Shown here piece after piece: positions 29,784 to 39,550 of a stretch of DNA of 64,000 nt. Origin of the DNA: Candidatus Altimarinota bacterium (GTDB taxonomy: Bacteria; Patescibacteriota; Gracilibacteria; 1-14-2-50-48-13); NCBI GenBank assembly GCA_046314355.1, contig JBKBWQ010000001.1, forward strand, positions 224,001 to 288,000, written 5' to 3'. The notes beneath the pieces were generated by a model that worked only from the letters and a program-made list of their open reading frames with translations, was not told the origin of the DNA and searched no databases. The position numbers and the translations under genes were made by a program. Positions within the stretch are counted from its first letter, which is position 1; each line of letters starts with the position of its first letter.

Positions 29784-32700
29784 TTATGCAGGTACTGACC
29801 GCAGTCCTTGTGCTATTGCTGCATCGTTTGCATCCTTATAAGCATTTCTTGCTGTAGTTTCGTCTGTAATTAATGCTGCATTTGTCGGATCCATACTAAG
29901 TGCTCTACGCTTTTCTCTAAGATCCTTGCGTGCTACATCTCTTCTCTGAAGAGCAATCTTTTTGTCATAGTCATATCTCATGTACCGGTATCCAGCTTTT
30001 GAACCTCGGTATAGTTTTGGTATTGCCCATATTGCGACTCCAAGTGCCACTATAGTTATTGCTATATTAGCAGCTAATTTTGCATTTGGAGATGTACTGA
30101 GATAAGTATCCATCATCTTTGCCTGTCTTTTGATCCATTCAATATATTCATGTTTTTTAGGATCCCAGTTGAAGTCCTGCATTTCACGTTCTGAGAGTGT
30201 CAATGTCGCGCCATTTTCTCCATAAAAAATGTTATTTGTAGGAGTATCAATGAGTGCCTTTGTAAAGTCAGCCTTCAATCTTGGATCAGCCATGATTTCT
30301 TTCAATGAATAATCTCCAATACGTACATTTCCTATCTCTATTGCATCCTGAGGACTAAATGCTGTAGTGAACTTTGACCCCTGACTTTTTACCTTATTAA
30401 TATATGTATCAAGATATTCCACCATTGCATCTGCTTTTGCTCCTGGAGTAGGGTAGATAGCATCTGGGAAGTAGCTATTGATCATTGAGTTTACCATCTT
30501 CTGTCCATCGGTTGTATTATCGAGGCTATCAAGAAGTGTCTTAGGATCAACTACGATATCTCTTGAGTTACCACGAGTATCTATAAAGTATGGCTGATCA
30601 GTAGTATTATTTACTCCTCCACCATCGATAGGAGAATGATTTGCACTGCTTCCACCAGAGATATTTGTATTATTTACTCCTGAAGCGTTCTTATAAAGTT
30701 CCGCAAGCGGATCAAACGTAGACTGTACTGGTCTTGGCGCATATGGAAGACTTCTTTCTAATGTCTTATCAGCATTTGTCGTAATTCTTGAATCAAGATT
30801 TGGTACCTTTGCTGTAATGTTCTTAGATGTCGCTTGAAGATTTGCTGCCAGATTCTGGGACTTCACTGCAAGCGCCTGCTGGTAGTTGAATGCCGCAAGT
30901 TTTGTATTATATGTAGCCTCAGCTGCTACCTCTTCTCTATACTGTCTCTCAAGATTTCGTACATACTCTGTAAGCTGTCTCTTATTTGTCTCCGCTATAG
31001 CTATATCATCCTGTACACTTATAATCTTATCCTGGATTCGGAGTTTTTCAGCAAGGATTGTATCTCTATAAAGATTTACATTCTCAACTGTTGGAGGATC
31101 AAAGTCAATGAATGACTTTTGAGTTTCACGTCCGATACCCTTTGAGTAATCTTCTTTGATAAGATTTGAAAGCTTTTCCTGATATGCATTCAAGAGTAGT
31201 TTCTTAGCCTCTGGAGATGGATCTGCCTCAAGTGGAGCCACATATCGGTTAAAGAGATATTCAGAGTTGCCTTTGAAGTCCTCTTCAAGTCCCACCATTG
31301 AATTTGCATAGTCACTGAATTTTTCAGTGGGATAGCCCTTAGAGATGAGATAAGCATTATATGAACCTGTATTGTTTCTTACCGGATCCTCTGAACCATA
31401 GCTTCCAAACAAAGCTCCTACTTTGTCAGCTCTCGCCTGAAGACCTTCATAGAATGTGCCAGCTGTCTGTAATGTATCTGGAGATACATGCATATGCTGA
31501 TACCTTTCAAGCTCAAGTTTTGCAGAAGCAATCGCAGCCTTTGTAGCCTGAGGATTACCGAGTCTTGCTCTCATCTCATTCAGCTCATTGTAAAGCTTAA
31601 GGACATGCTCTTTCTGCGCAGCTGCTACTGTTGTGTAATCAATATCTGTTGCATTGTTTCCTTCTACTCCATTTACTGGCATTGCATTCTCATTGGTTGT
31701 AGTGAGAACGCTATTCTGCTTGCGTGTAAGTAATGCTTGTTCCCCTTCTGTTATCTCGCCTTTTGTACCGCTATATTTTGTACCGTGCTCTACTGGTTCG
31801 TCAGAGATACCCATAGCTCCATGGAAAAGCTCTTCATTAGTATATTCTGGCGGACATACTATAATTCTTTTTCCATTCTGGAAGAAAGTTGAAGCTTGTC
31901 CTACATATGACTTCCACTCCTTTTCAGGTGTATGTTCATCAATAACATTGAGCTTTGTAAGTAAAGCTTTCATGCTTTGTGGATCACTGATAGTTTCCGC
32001 GCTTGCAAAATGTACTTCGATATTACTGTCAAATTCATTATTGAAATCTGCTACAGGGTATACTTTTACACCTCCTATATTCATCTTTAGATCCTTTGTA
32101 TTATTAGCGAGGTACTCAGCACTTACACTTAGATTAGCCTCCTCAGAAAATACTTTATATGGGATTCGTCCATCTGGCAGAGCCATAACAGGGTAATTTT
32201 TATTGCCATCATTCGCTTTTAAAAGCACATACTCTGTATTTCCGATTTTGATATGATCATCGATGTACTGCTCTGAGATCAGACCTGCAGTAGGTTTGAT
32301 ATCTACAATACCTGCAGACTGTCCGGCAGTTGGAGCAATAGAAGTGTGATTTACACTAGCTTTTGCTGCTGCCGCCTTCGCTATAGCGTTAGCCTTTACT
32401 GTCTCAAGAGAAGAGGTAGGTGTACCACTGACTTTTGGAGTAGAGAGTACATCATGTGCAGTCATCAGAAGACCTGCAGCTCCTGTACCTATAACAGCGC
32501 CAAGAATAGTTGCTTTCTTTAACCGTGTCTTATTCTCTGTATTAATTTTTTCTCTAATGCTGCTGCTTTCTTTACTAAGACTATTCTTCAGTTCTTCTGT
32601 CAGTATGCTGTTACTGCTTTCAAAATCTTTCTTAAGTGTATTGATATGTGCAAGAAAGGCTGTAAGTCCCATGATTCCTGCATCCTTGTCCTGACGTCCG

Positions 32701-33890
32701 TCTTCAAGAGTCTTATCTATTACTGCTTTTGCGAGCATAAGCTGAAAATACGGATTGTCAGAAGCCTGAAGTTTTCCTTTTATTTCTGCAAATGTAGGAT
32801 ATTCTGAGACACCATTAAATACTGTATGAGACAGGTGAGTTTTCACAAATGTTTTCAAAGATTTCAGTTTCTTTCCTTCAGCTACTCGTCCAAATATTGC
32901 TGCAGAAATACCTGCACCCACAACTGGTACAAATCTCAAAAGTCCACGTGTAAGTCCTGCTAACGCTACAGCTCCAAATCCAGCTGCTGCTGTTCCACTC
33001 ATAGCAAGTGCTGCAGATGACTTATCTGCTTTGACATTAAATGATCCATCTTTTCCAAGTCGTGTTGCAATGCTTCTTCCAAATCCTGTATCAAGCACTT
33101 TCTGCATGAGGCGTGATCGCGGCTCTTTAGTAGAGTTATTTAAAGCTTTTCCTTTAAGTGTATCTAGAAGCATTTTCTCAGTTCCTCCTGAACGTTCTGC
33201 AAAATGAATAGTTTCATGAAGCTGCTTGTAGAATGTTACAGCATCATCAGAGAGCTCTCCGCTTACTCCATTCTTATATAGGATCTTATTTTTTGTCTCA
33301 TTATATGTCTTCGAACTAGTGAGGTTGGTGACTGCACCCTTTAGAAAAGAAAATGGTTTTTTATACCATGGAGAATTCTTCCATCCCTCTGCAGGCAGTG
33401 CTTTCATTTTCTCATCAGCGAGCATGGCAACTCGATCTTCAAGCATCTGCTTAATTACTTTTTCACTCTCAGAAGCAGGATTTGAAAAAGCTGTCTGAAT
33501 CACATCTCCTGCAAGTTCTGTATACTGATGATCAACCGCAAATGGATCAATCTGAGCAGATGTAGAAACAGTGGCCTCATTAGGTGCAGCTGCTGTTGAG
33601 TCTGCTGTGGCAGGAGCAGATTCTGCAGAAATAGGATCACTATTTACTGAATCAATAAGCGTATCATCGAAATTATCTCCTTCAGTTATTTCTGCTGTTC
33701 GAGCATTAAGAATTTCAGCAATTTTATTACTGGTTTCTGTTGTTTGCCGAAAAATACGCTCAAGTTGTGCCTGTTTTTTTACAAGCTCTTCAGGTGTTAA
33801 TAGTGCTAGTTCCTCAGCTATGGGGAACTGCTTTTCTCTATTCTTATGTCGGTTTCTTGGGTTTGTGCTAGGTGCTTTAATTTCTGCCAT
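29784..33890 (-). CDS. Very large hypothetical membrane/coiled-coil protein (1368 aa)
   Basis: Gly/Ala-rich hydrophobic hairpin, second TM, coiled coils, C-terminal TM followed by basic residues. Confidence 0.85.
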   Translation of the reverse strand: MAEIKAPSTNPRNRHKNREKQFPIAEELALLTPEELVKKQAQLERIFRQTTETSNKIAEILNARTAEITEGDNFDDTLIDSVNSDPISAESAPATADSTAAAPNEATVSTSAQIDPFAVDHQYTELAGDVIQTAFSNPASESEKVIKQMLEDRVAMLADEKMKALPAEGWKNSPWYKKPFSFLKGAVTNLTSSKTYNETKNKILYKNGVSGELSDDAVTFYKQLHETIHFAERSGGTEKMLLDTLKGKALNNSTKEPRSRLMQKVLDTGFGRSIATRLGKDGSFNVKADKSSAALAMSGTAAAGFGAVALAGLTRGLLRFVPVVGAGISAAIFGRVAEGKKLKSLKTFVKTHLSHTVFNGVSEYPTFAEIKGKLQASDNPYFQLMLAKAVIDKTLEDGRQDKDAGIMGLTAFLAHINTLKKDFESSNSILTEELKNSLSKESSSIREKINTENKTRLKKATILGAVIGTGAAGLLMTAHDVLSTPKVSGTPTSSLETVKANAIAKAAAAKASVNHTSIAPTAGQSAGIVDIKPTAGLISEQYIDDHIKIGNTEYVLLKANDGNKNYPVMALPDGRIPYKVFSEEANLSVSAEYLANNTKDLKMNIGGVKVYPVADFNNEFDSNIEVHFASAETISDPQSMKALLTKLNVIDEHTPEKEWKSYVGQASTFFQNGKRIIVCPPEYTNEELFHGAMGISDEPVEHGTKYSGTKGEITEGEQALLTRKQNSVLTTTNENAMPVNGVEGNNATDIDYTTVAAAQKEHVLKLYNELNEMRARLGNPQATKAAIASAKLELERYQHMHVSPDTLQTAGTFYEGLQARADKVGALFGSYGSEDPVRNNTGSYNAYLISKGYPTEKFSDYANSMVGLEEDFKGNSEYLFNRYVAPLEADPSPEAKKLLLNAYQEKLSNLIKEDYSKGIGRETQKSFIDFDPPTVENVNLYRDTILAEKLRIQDKIISVQDDIAIAETNKRQLTEYVRNLERQYREEVAAEATYNTKLAAFNYQQALAVKSQNLAANLQATSKNITAKVPNLDSRITTNADKTLERSLPYAPRPVQSTFDPLAELYKNASGVNNTNISGGSSANHSPIDGGGVNNTTDQPYFIDTRGNSRDIVVDPKTLLDSLDNTTDGQKMVNSMINSYFPDAIYPTPGAKADAMVEYLDTYINKVKSQGSKFTTAFSPQDAIEIGNVRIGDYSLKEIMADPRLKADFTKALIDTPTNNIFYGENGATLTLSEREMQDFNWDPKKHEYIEWIKRQAKMMDTYLSTSPNAKLAANIAITIVALGVAIWAIPKLYRGSKAGYRYMRYDYDKKIALQRRDVARKDLREKRRALSMDPTNAALITDETTARNAYKDANDAAIAQGLRSVPA

Positions 33891-33988
33891 ACCAATGAGA
33901 GTTAATGAAAATTGGTATGGCTACATTACATAATCATCAAAATTTGTCAATAATAAAATTGACGAATTGTAAATATGCCTGTGAATTA

Positions 33989-34354
33989 TTACTTCCTGTT
34001 TAAAAGTCTGCTAATTATATTAGTGGCAGCCTTATTATCTTTTGATGAAGAATGAGTACTTCTTAAGGTAAAAGCTTCCTGATAAATAGCAGATTTCAAT
34101 TCTTCATCTGATTCCTCATCGGCATCCATTGTCTTTAAAATATCTTTTTCATCAAATTCAAGGTACTCAAGGGCTTTATCTATTTCTTGAGTATCTTTTT
34201 CTAGAGCAGCTATTTGCTTCTCTTGCAGTGTAGTTAAAAAAGCAACATCTTCTATTGAGAGTACTCCTTTAGCAAAAATACGTTCTATATAGAGTTCCTC
34301 TGAAGATGTAGAGGCTATTGATTTGAAATAAGTAATGATATCTTGTGTAGTCAT
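33989..34354 (-). CDS. Small acidic hypothetical protein
   Basis: 121-aa ORF starting 15 bp after the 564-aa gene. Confidence 0.7.
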   Translation of the reverse strand: MTTQDIITYFKSIASTSSEELYIERIFAKGVLSIEDVAFLTTLQEKQIAALEKDTQEIDKALEYLEFDEKDILKTMDADEESDEELKSAIYQEAFTLRSTHSSSKDNKAATNIISRLLNRK

Positions 34355-34369
34355 ATTGTATTTTGATAA

Positions 34370-36064
34370 TTATGCAGCTTCCTGAAGCTTAGCTACAATC
34401 TCTTTTGGATTCTTTAAAGGTATAGCGAAGATTTTCTGGGATGAATTTTTGTTAGGTGTAAATATTGCCTCTAATTCGTTTTTTTCATTTTTTACGATTG
34501 GTACTTCCTTTACCTTATCATCTAAAGTAATTTTAACAGTTTGAAGACTTGGTCCGGTGCTCCAAAGGTAAGGCTTACTTAGGATCTTTTCTTCAGCAAA
34601 AGTTTTTACTACTTTTTTATCTGCAGAAATAGCAGCTGAAGCTAGTAGGGTCGCAGCCTCTTCTGCTTCTTTATTAGAGATCGTTCTATGGTCAAAAGAG
34701 CGTAGAAATTTTTTCACTGGTGCGGTTTGAGACCATTTCGTAACTCCTGTCTCTGTCTGCATCATAAATGGTTCAGGCTTTGATGACTGGTCTTTTTCTT
34801 CATTATCCATAAAATCTGCATAATACACTTCTCTTGAAGAGTTATCAGGAGAGACTTCCGTCTTAGACTGCATATGCACTTCCTTTTTCTCAGTAGGATT
34901 TTCTCCATTTTGTATGATGAGATTATCTTTCTTTCCTTCGATAAAATCTTTATTTGCCTCCCTATCAATATAAAAAGCTCTCTGTTTATCTTTTCTAAGC
35001 CTTTCAATTATAATTCTTCTTTGTTCAAGAGAAAGTTTCTCAAATCCATTCTTAGGTTTTTCTTTCTGTTCTTGGAGGTTTGAGAGAGTACTCTGAGACT
35101 CTGGACTCTTATTTATTAAAATTTCCTTCTGTTTTTGTAATGCATTGACGAGTGAGACTTCGCCGTTAAACACCATGTATCCATTTGCATCAAATGAATA
35201 GGGAATACGTTTATACGTAGAAGGCTGATTGATATCACGTACAATAATTGTATTTGTGAGTGCATCAGCTTTAAAAGTCTTACCTTCAAACATACTGCTT
35301 CCATAAATAGTTTTCTCATGAGAGACTACTCTTTTCATCATAAAGTTATCTATGGCATCTACACGCTCAAGATCTTCTTTGAGAGTATCAGAAAGATAGT
35401 TGTTCGCTTTCTCTTTTGGATTGAGAGCATTCTTATATGCACTGCGGGTATCCTGATTATGGAGTTTTTTACTATAAAAATCCCTTATACTATCCACAGG
35501 TATTCCACGCTGCTTCATTATGGATACAACCTTCGCGATTCTATTTCTCCGTACTCTATGCTGCCGCATGATAGGACTTCCTGTGAGCGTATTAGAAACT
35601 TTTTGATCCATATATCCAACTTTTTCCATAATACCGGCGATACCTCTTGGCAACGCGTTTGCGAGATCATGCACTTTAATGCCCGTGGCTTTTACATGGT
35701 TCAATACACCTCCAACTGCGAGATACACCTGCCGTAGCTCTTCATTACTTTTTTTATCATTTTTTAGCTTTGCATGCAGTAAACGGTTATGTACATACAT
35801 ATCTGTATTCCACATATACATGAGTGCCTTTCCTCCAAATATCAGGCCTAGTTTTTTACCTTCTTCACTCGCCGCAATTTCTTCCACCTGTTTCTGATTT
35901 TTAAGAGCTTCAGCAGATTTTGCAGCTGAGAGCGTTTTTATTTTTACAGTCTTTTCAGGACTATCGGGCAATGAAAAAATATTCTTTACTGATTCCTCAG
36001 TGGTAAGTTGTTTTTTGTGAAGCTCTGATTCTGTATTTGTGTTTGTTTGTTTATTCGGAAGCAT
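34370..36064 (-). CDS. Hypothetical basic protein (564 aa), probably cotranscribed with gap
   Basis: Starts 3 bp after the gap stop; K-rich; no recognised motif. Confidence 0.8.
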   Translation of the reverse strand: MLPNKQTNTNTESELHKKQLTTEESVKNIFSLPDSPEKTVKIKTLSAAKSAEALKNQKQVEEIAASEEGKKLGLIFGGKALMYMWNTDMYVHNRLLHAKLKNDKKSNEELRQVYLAVGGVLNHVKATGIKVHDLANALPRGIAGIMEKVGYMDQKVSNTLTGSPIMRQHRVRRNRIAKVVSIMKQRGIPVDSIRDFYSKKLHNQDTRSAYKNALNPKEKANNYLSDTLKEDLERVDAIDNFMMKRVVSHEKTIYGSSMFEGKTFKADALTNTIIVRDINQPSTYKRIPYSFDANGYMVFNGEVSLVNALQKQKEILINKSPESQSTLSNLQEQKEKPKNGFEKLSLEQRRIIIERLRKDKQRAFYIDREANKDFIEGKKDNLIIQNGENPTEKKEVHMQSKTEVSPDNSSREVYYADFMDNEEKDQSSKPEPFMMQTETGVTKWSQTAPVKKFLRSFDHRTISNKEAEEAATLLASAAISADKKVVKTFAEEKILSKPYLWSTGPSLQTVKITLDDKVKEVPIVKNEKNELEAIFTPNKNSSQKIFAIPLKNPKEIVAKLQEAA

Positions 36065-36067
36065 TGT

Positions 36068-37072
36068 TTACTTTGAAATATAGTAGGCCAGATCTACTAA
36101 ACGGTTAGAATAACCCCACTCATTGTCATACCAGGTGATCACCTTAATAAGATTCGGAGGCATAAAGAAGGTAGAAGGCAGGTCAATAATAGTTGAATTT
36201 TCATTTTTTCTAAAATCCATTGAAACAAGCGGAAGGTCGCTTACAGCCATAATTCCAGACATAGTAGTATTTGCATATTTAGTAAGCAGAGTATTAATCT
36301 CTGTCACATCTTTTGGAGGATTTTTTACAGTACATGTAAAATCACTTAAAGATACTACCGGAGTAGGTACACGTAAAGAAATACCGTCAAGTTTGCCTTC
36401 CAGATCGGGTATCACAGCTGCTACAGATTTTGCAGCACCTGTAGTAGTAGGAATGATCGATTCTGTGGCTGCCCGAGCTCTTCTAAGATCTTTGTGAGGT
36501 GCATCATGCAGTCTTTGGTCCTGCGTAAAGGAATGTACTGTAGTAAGCAGACCGGCTTCAATGCCGTATGCATCATGTAAGACCTTTGCTACTGGAGCGA
36601 GAGAATTTGTTGTACAGCTTGCATTGGATATTATGTTCATCTCAGCTTTATATTCCTTTTCATTCACTCCTAAAACAAATGTAGGCATACTATCTTTTGC
36701 AGGTGCAGAAAGTACCACCTTTTTTGCTCCAGCTTTAATGTGTGCTTCACATCCTTTCATATCCGTAAATACTCCTGTGCATTCAAGCACAATATCCACT
36801 CCTAATGTTTTCCAAGGAAGTACCGCGGGATCTTTCTCTGCAGAGACATGTACTATTTGTGTACCAATAGTTATAGTTTTATCTGTGGATGTAACTTCCT
36901 GAGGATATATTCCATAGAGAGAATCATATTTAAAAAGATGAGCAAGAGTGGCAGAATCAGTGAGATCATTGATCGCCACTAGTTCTAATGTATCCTTATA
37001 TTTGTCCAAAATGATCTTTGCTGCATTTCGTCCAATTCTACCGAATCCGTTGATAGCTACTTTGATTGCCAT
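36068..37072 (-). CDS. gap: Type I glyceraldehyde-3-phosphate dehydrogenase
   Basis: INGFGRIGR, ECTG, SNASCTTN, PTTTGAAK, WYDNEWGYS. Confidence 0.98.
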   Translation of the reverse strand: MAIKVAINGFGRIGRNAAKIILDKYKDTLELVAINDLTDSATLAHLFKYDSLYGIYPQEVTSTDKTITIGTQIVHVSAEKDPAVLPWKTLGVDIVLECTGVFTDMKGCEAHIKAGAKKVVLSAPAKDSMPTFVLGVNEKEYKAEMNIISNASCTTNSLAPVAKVLHDAYGIEAGLLTTVHSFTQDQRLHDAPHKDLRRARAATESIIPTTTGAAKSVAAVIPDLEGKLDGISLRVPTPVVSLSDFTCTVKNPPKDVTEINTLLTKYANTTMSGIMAVSDLPLVSMDFRKNENSTIIDLPSTFFMPPNLIKVITWYDNEWGYSNRLVDLAYYISK

Positions 37073-37152
37073 AGAAAGTAATGAAAAATGTGAATTGATA
37101 TATTATTTTATCATACTTTTCTTGATTTTCGGGAGTATTTTTTTATTATACT

Positions 37153-37341
37153 GGCGCTTTTCGACTGAAAAAGAGAAGTAAATACAATAGAGACATTGAA
37201 AGGAGTTTTAATGTCTCAAGAAATAAACAAAAATGAAGGCAGAAATGGTCCCAATGCCTAAAGATATACAAAAAATCTTTGTGAGACACTGCTGACAAAG
37301 ATTTTCAAAGGAATAATCCATATGTGAATTATTCCTTTTTT
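37153..37341 (+). ncRNA. Candidate structured small RNA or small-ORF transcript
   Basis: TATACT -10 box at 37147-37152, a series of hairpins separated by similar A-rich linkers, and a terminator at 37307-37341. Confidence 0.4.
37307..37341 (+). terminator. Intrinsic terminator upstream of the tRNA-Val promoter
   Basis: AAAGGAATAAT-N10-ATTATTCCTTT plus T-tract. Confidence 0.7.
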
Positions 37342-37351
37342 CTAAATTTTC

Positions 37352-37380
37352 TTGCATTTATTTTTACCGCATGATACATT
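37352..37380 (+). promoter_or_regulatory. sigma70 promoter of tRNA-Val
   Basis: TTGCAT-17-TACATT with TGn extended -10, 20 bp before the tRNA. Confidence 0.6.
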
Positions 37381-37400
37381 CTCCCCGCACTTGAAATTCA

Positions 37401-37477
37401 GGGCGATTAGCTCAGTTGGCTAGAGCATCTCGTTTACACCGAGGGGGTCATAGGTTCGAATCCTATATCGCCCACCA
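37401..37477 (+). tRNA. tRNA-Val (TAC)
   Basis: GGGCGATTAGCTCAGTTGGCTAGAGCATCTCGTTTACACCGAGGGGGTCATAGGTTCGAATCCTATATCGCCCACCA. Confidence 0.97.
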
Positions 37478-37688
37478 TCATTTTTTTAAATTTGAATAGT
37501 GGATAGTGAGTACTTAGTAAGTAAGTAGCTCTTTTTTTATTGTAAAATTTTTATAAAGATAAATCATTATTTTGTTTCTGACAAAGAAATATTGTTATTT
37601 CTCATATATATTGAAGTAAATATATGCTTGTTCTTAATGCTGAAAGTGATAATATAATAGATTCCTATTTCATTATTAAAATATAGCT

Positions 37689-38219
37689 ATGACAAATCTA
37701 TTAATTGGTACATTTGCAACTCGAGCTGATGCAGAGGCGGCAGTAAATGAACTTGAAAGTTTAGGGCTAAATCCTAAAGATGTTTCTGTAATTATGAAGG
37801 ATATGGATGAAGCAAAAAGTGTGGCTGAGGGGGCGCCAGTGGCAGACGGTATTGCAACAGGTGCTACTACAGGAGTGCTTTTAGGCGGACTCGCAGGATT
37901 ATTGATAGGTATTGGTGCTATTGCACTACCAGGTATCGGAGGAATAATTGTTGCAGGTCCAATTGCAAGTGCTTTAGGTCTTTCTACCGCAGCTGCTTCT
38001 ACTATCTCAGGAGCACTTACAGGAGGAGCAGCTGGAGGACTTGTAGGTGGTTTAGTAGGATTAGGGCTTCCAGAGGAAGAGGCACAGTACTATGAAGGTA
38101 GAGTACGTGAGGGAGGAATCTTAATAGCAGTACCTACAAGTTTTGGTGAAGGTACTCAGGCAAAAATAATCCTTGAAAAACATAATGCGGAGCAGGTCAG
38201 AGCTATACAGTCTGCTTAA
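37689..38219 (+). CDS. General stress protein (YflT/17M-like, glycine-zipper membrane protein)
   Basis: GTFATRADAEAAV, GATTG..LGGLAG, IPGIG-like segment, GLPEEEAQYYE..GGIL. Confidence 0.8.
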   Translation: MTNLLIGTFATRADAEAAVNELESLGLNPKDVSVIMKDMDEAKSVAEGAPVADGIATGATTGVLLGGLAGLLIGIGAIALPGIGGIIVAGPIASALGLSTAAASTISGALTGGAAGGLVGGLVGLGLPEEEAQYYEGRVREGGILIAVPTSFGEGTQAKIILEKHNAEQVRAIQSA

Positions 38220-38236
38220 GTCAGTTATTATTCTAG

Positions 38237-38270
38237 AAAAAAGGTAAATCTACGTAGGTTTACCTTTTTT
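38237..38270 (+). terminator. Intrinsic terminator
   Basis: AAAAAAGGTAAATCTACGTAGGTTTACCTTTTTT. Confidence 0.8.
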
Positions 38271-38325
38271 CTTTTCTTTCAAAACAAAAAGTGCTTACAT
38301 AAAATATATTACTATTACTCAAAAT

Positions 38326-39462
38326 ATGACTGAAAAATATAAGAATGCCCTTGAACTTCATGAAAAACATCATGGCAAAATGGAAGTAAAAAGCAAAGTT
38401 CCAGTGAGTACAAGAGGGGATCTAGCACTTGCATATACTCCAGGTGTAGCGGATGTGTGCCGTGTAATCGCAGAAGATGCATCTCTTGCAAAGAAATACA
38501 CGCTCAAATCAAATACTATTGCTGTCGTCTCAGACGGTTCTGCTGTACTTGGTCTAGGGAATATTGGAGCAGAAGGAGCTATCCCAGTTATGGAGGGAAA
38601 AGCCATTCTTTTTAAAGAATTTGCAAATGTAGATGCATTTCCTATTTGCCTTCGTACTCAGGATATTGAAGAGATCATAGCAATTGTGAAAAATATTGCT
38701 CCAGTGTTTGGCGGCATCAATTTAGAAGATATAGCAGCTCCAAAATGTTTTGAAATAGAAAAAAGATTAAGAGCAGAACTAGATATTCCAGTATTCCATG
38801 ATGATCAGCATGGCACAGCGGTAGTCGTTCTCGCTGCACTTATCAACGCATTAAAGGTAGCTGGAAAAAATAAAGAAACTGTACATATTGTAATAAATGG
38901 TGCTGGAGCTGCAGGAACAGCAGTTACTGAGCTTTTACTGAAATATGGATTTGAAAATATAACTGTATGCGATTCCCAGGGAGCCATATACAAAGATAGA
39001 AAAAATATTACTGAGGAAAAACTAGATCTCGCGCAAAAGACAAACAAGGATCAAAAATCAGGAACTCTTGCTGATGTTATCGTCGGTCGCGATATTTTTA
39101 TTGGAGTGAGTAAAGGCAATACTCTCACGAAGGATATGGTAAAAAGCATGAATAAAGATCCTATTGTTTTCGCTCTAGCAAATCCTACTCCAGAAATTAT
39201 GCCTCAGGACGCAAAGGAAGCAGGTGCATTTATAGTAGCAACCGGACGTTCAGATTTTCCAAATCAGATTAATAATGTCTTTGTTTTCCCAGGTATTTTC
39301 AGAGGAGCTCTCGATAATAATACCGTGCAGATAACTGATGAGATGCTTGTAAAAGCTGCTGAGAATCTTGCAAATCATGTACAGAATATACATCAAGAGA
39401 ATATTCTTCCTGACTTGTTTGATAAAACAGTAGCTGAGGTTGTAGCGAAAGCAATTCAATAA
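38326..39462 (+). CDS. NAD(P)-dependent malic enzyme (short type)
   Basis: [56 protein letters not shown]. Confidence 0.95.
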   Translation: MTEKYKNALELHEKHHGKMEVKSKVPVSTRGDLALAYTPGVADVCRVIAEDASLAKKYTLKSNTIAVVSDGSAVLGLGNIGAEGAIPVMEGKAILFKEFANVDAFPICLRTQDIEEIIAIVKNIAPVFGGINLEDIAAPKCFEIEKRLRAELDIPVFHDDQHGTAVVVLAALINALKVAGKNKETVHIVINGAGAAGTAVTELLLKYGFENITVCDSQGAIYKDRKNITEEKLDLAQKTNKDQKSGTLADVIVGRDIFIGVSKGNTLTKDMVKSMNKDPIVFALANPTPEIMPQDAKEAGAFIVATGRSDFPNQINNVFVFPGIFRGALDNNTVQITDEMLVKAAENLANHVQNIHQENILPDLFDKTVAEVVAKAIQ

Positions 39463-39550
39463 CAATGCTTGGTAAGCGTTTCTCTTGTTATTTTTTGCGA
39501 GATTTGTATAGTTACGCTATATTTTCTATTTGTTCAGTGACAGCCCTTCT

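Noticed and set aside
31654-32196. Long antisense ORFs (for example 31654-32196, 46099-46605, 52119-52541, 56110-56661)
   Set aside because: Shadow frames of well-supported genes on the opposite strand, with no motifs of their own.
33941-33968. AATTTGTCAA-N8-TTGACGAATT inverted repeat as an operator for the 1368-aa gene
   Set aside because: Single imperfect AT-rich occurrence; it could equally be a weak terminator or a -35 box, so support is insufficient.
24821-36064. Prophage or tape-measure region next to tRNA-Gly
   Set aside because: No integrase, terminase, capsid or portal motifs, no duplicated tRNA 3' end seen, and the block is tightly coupled to gap.
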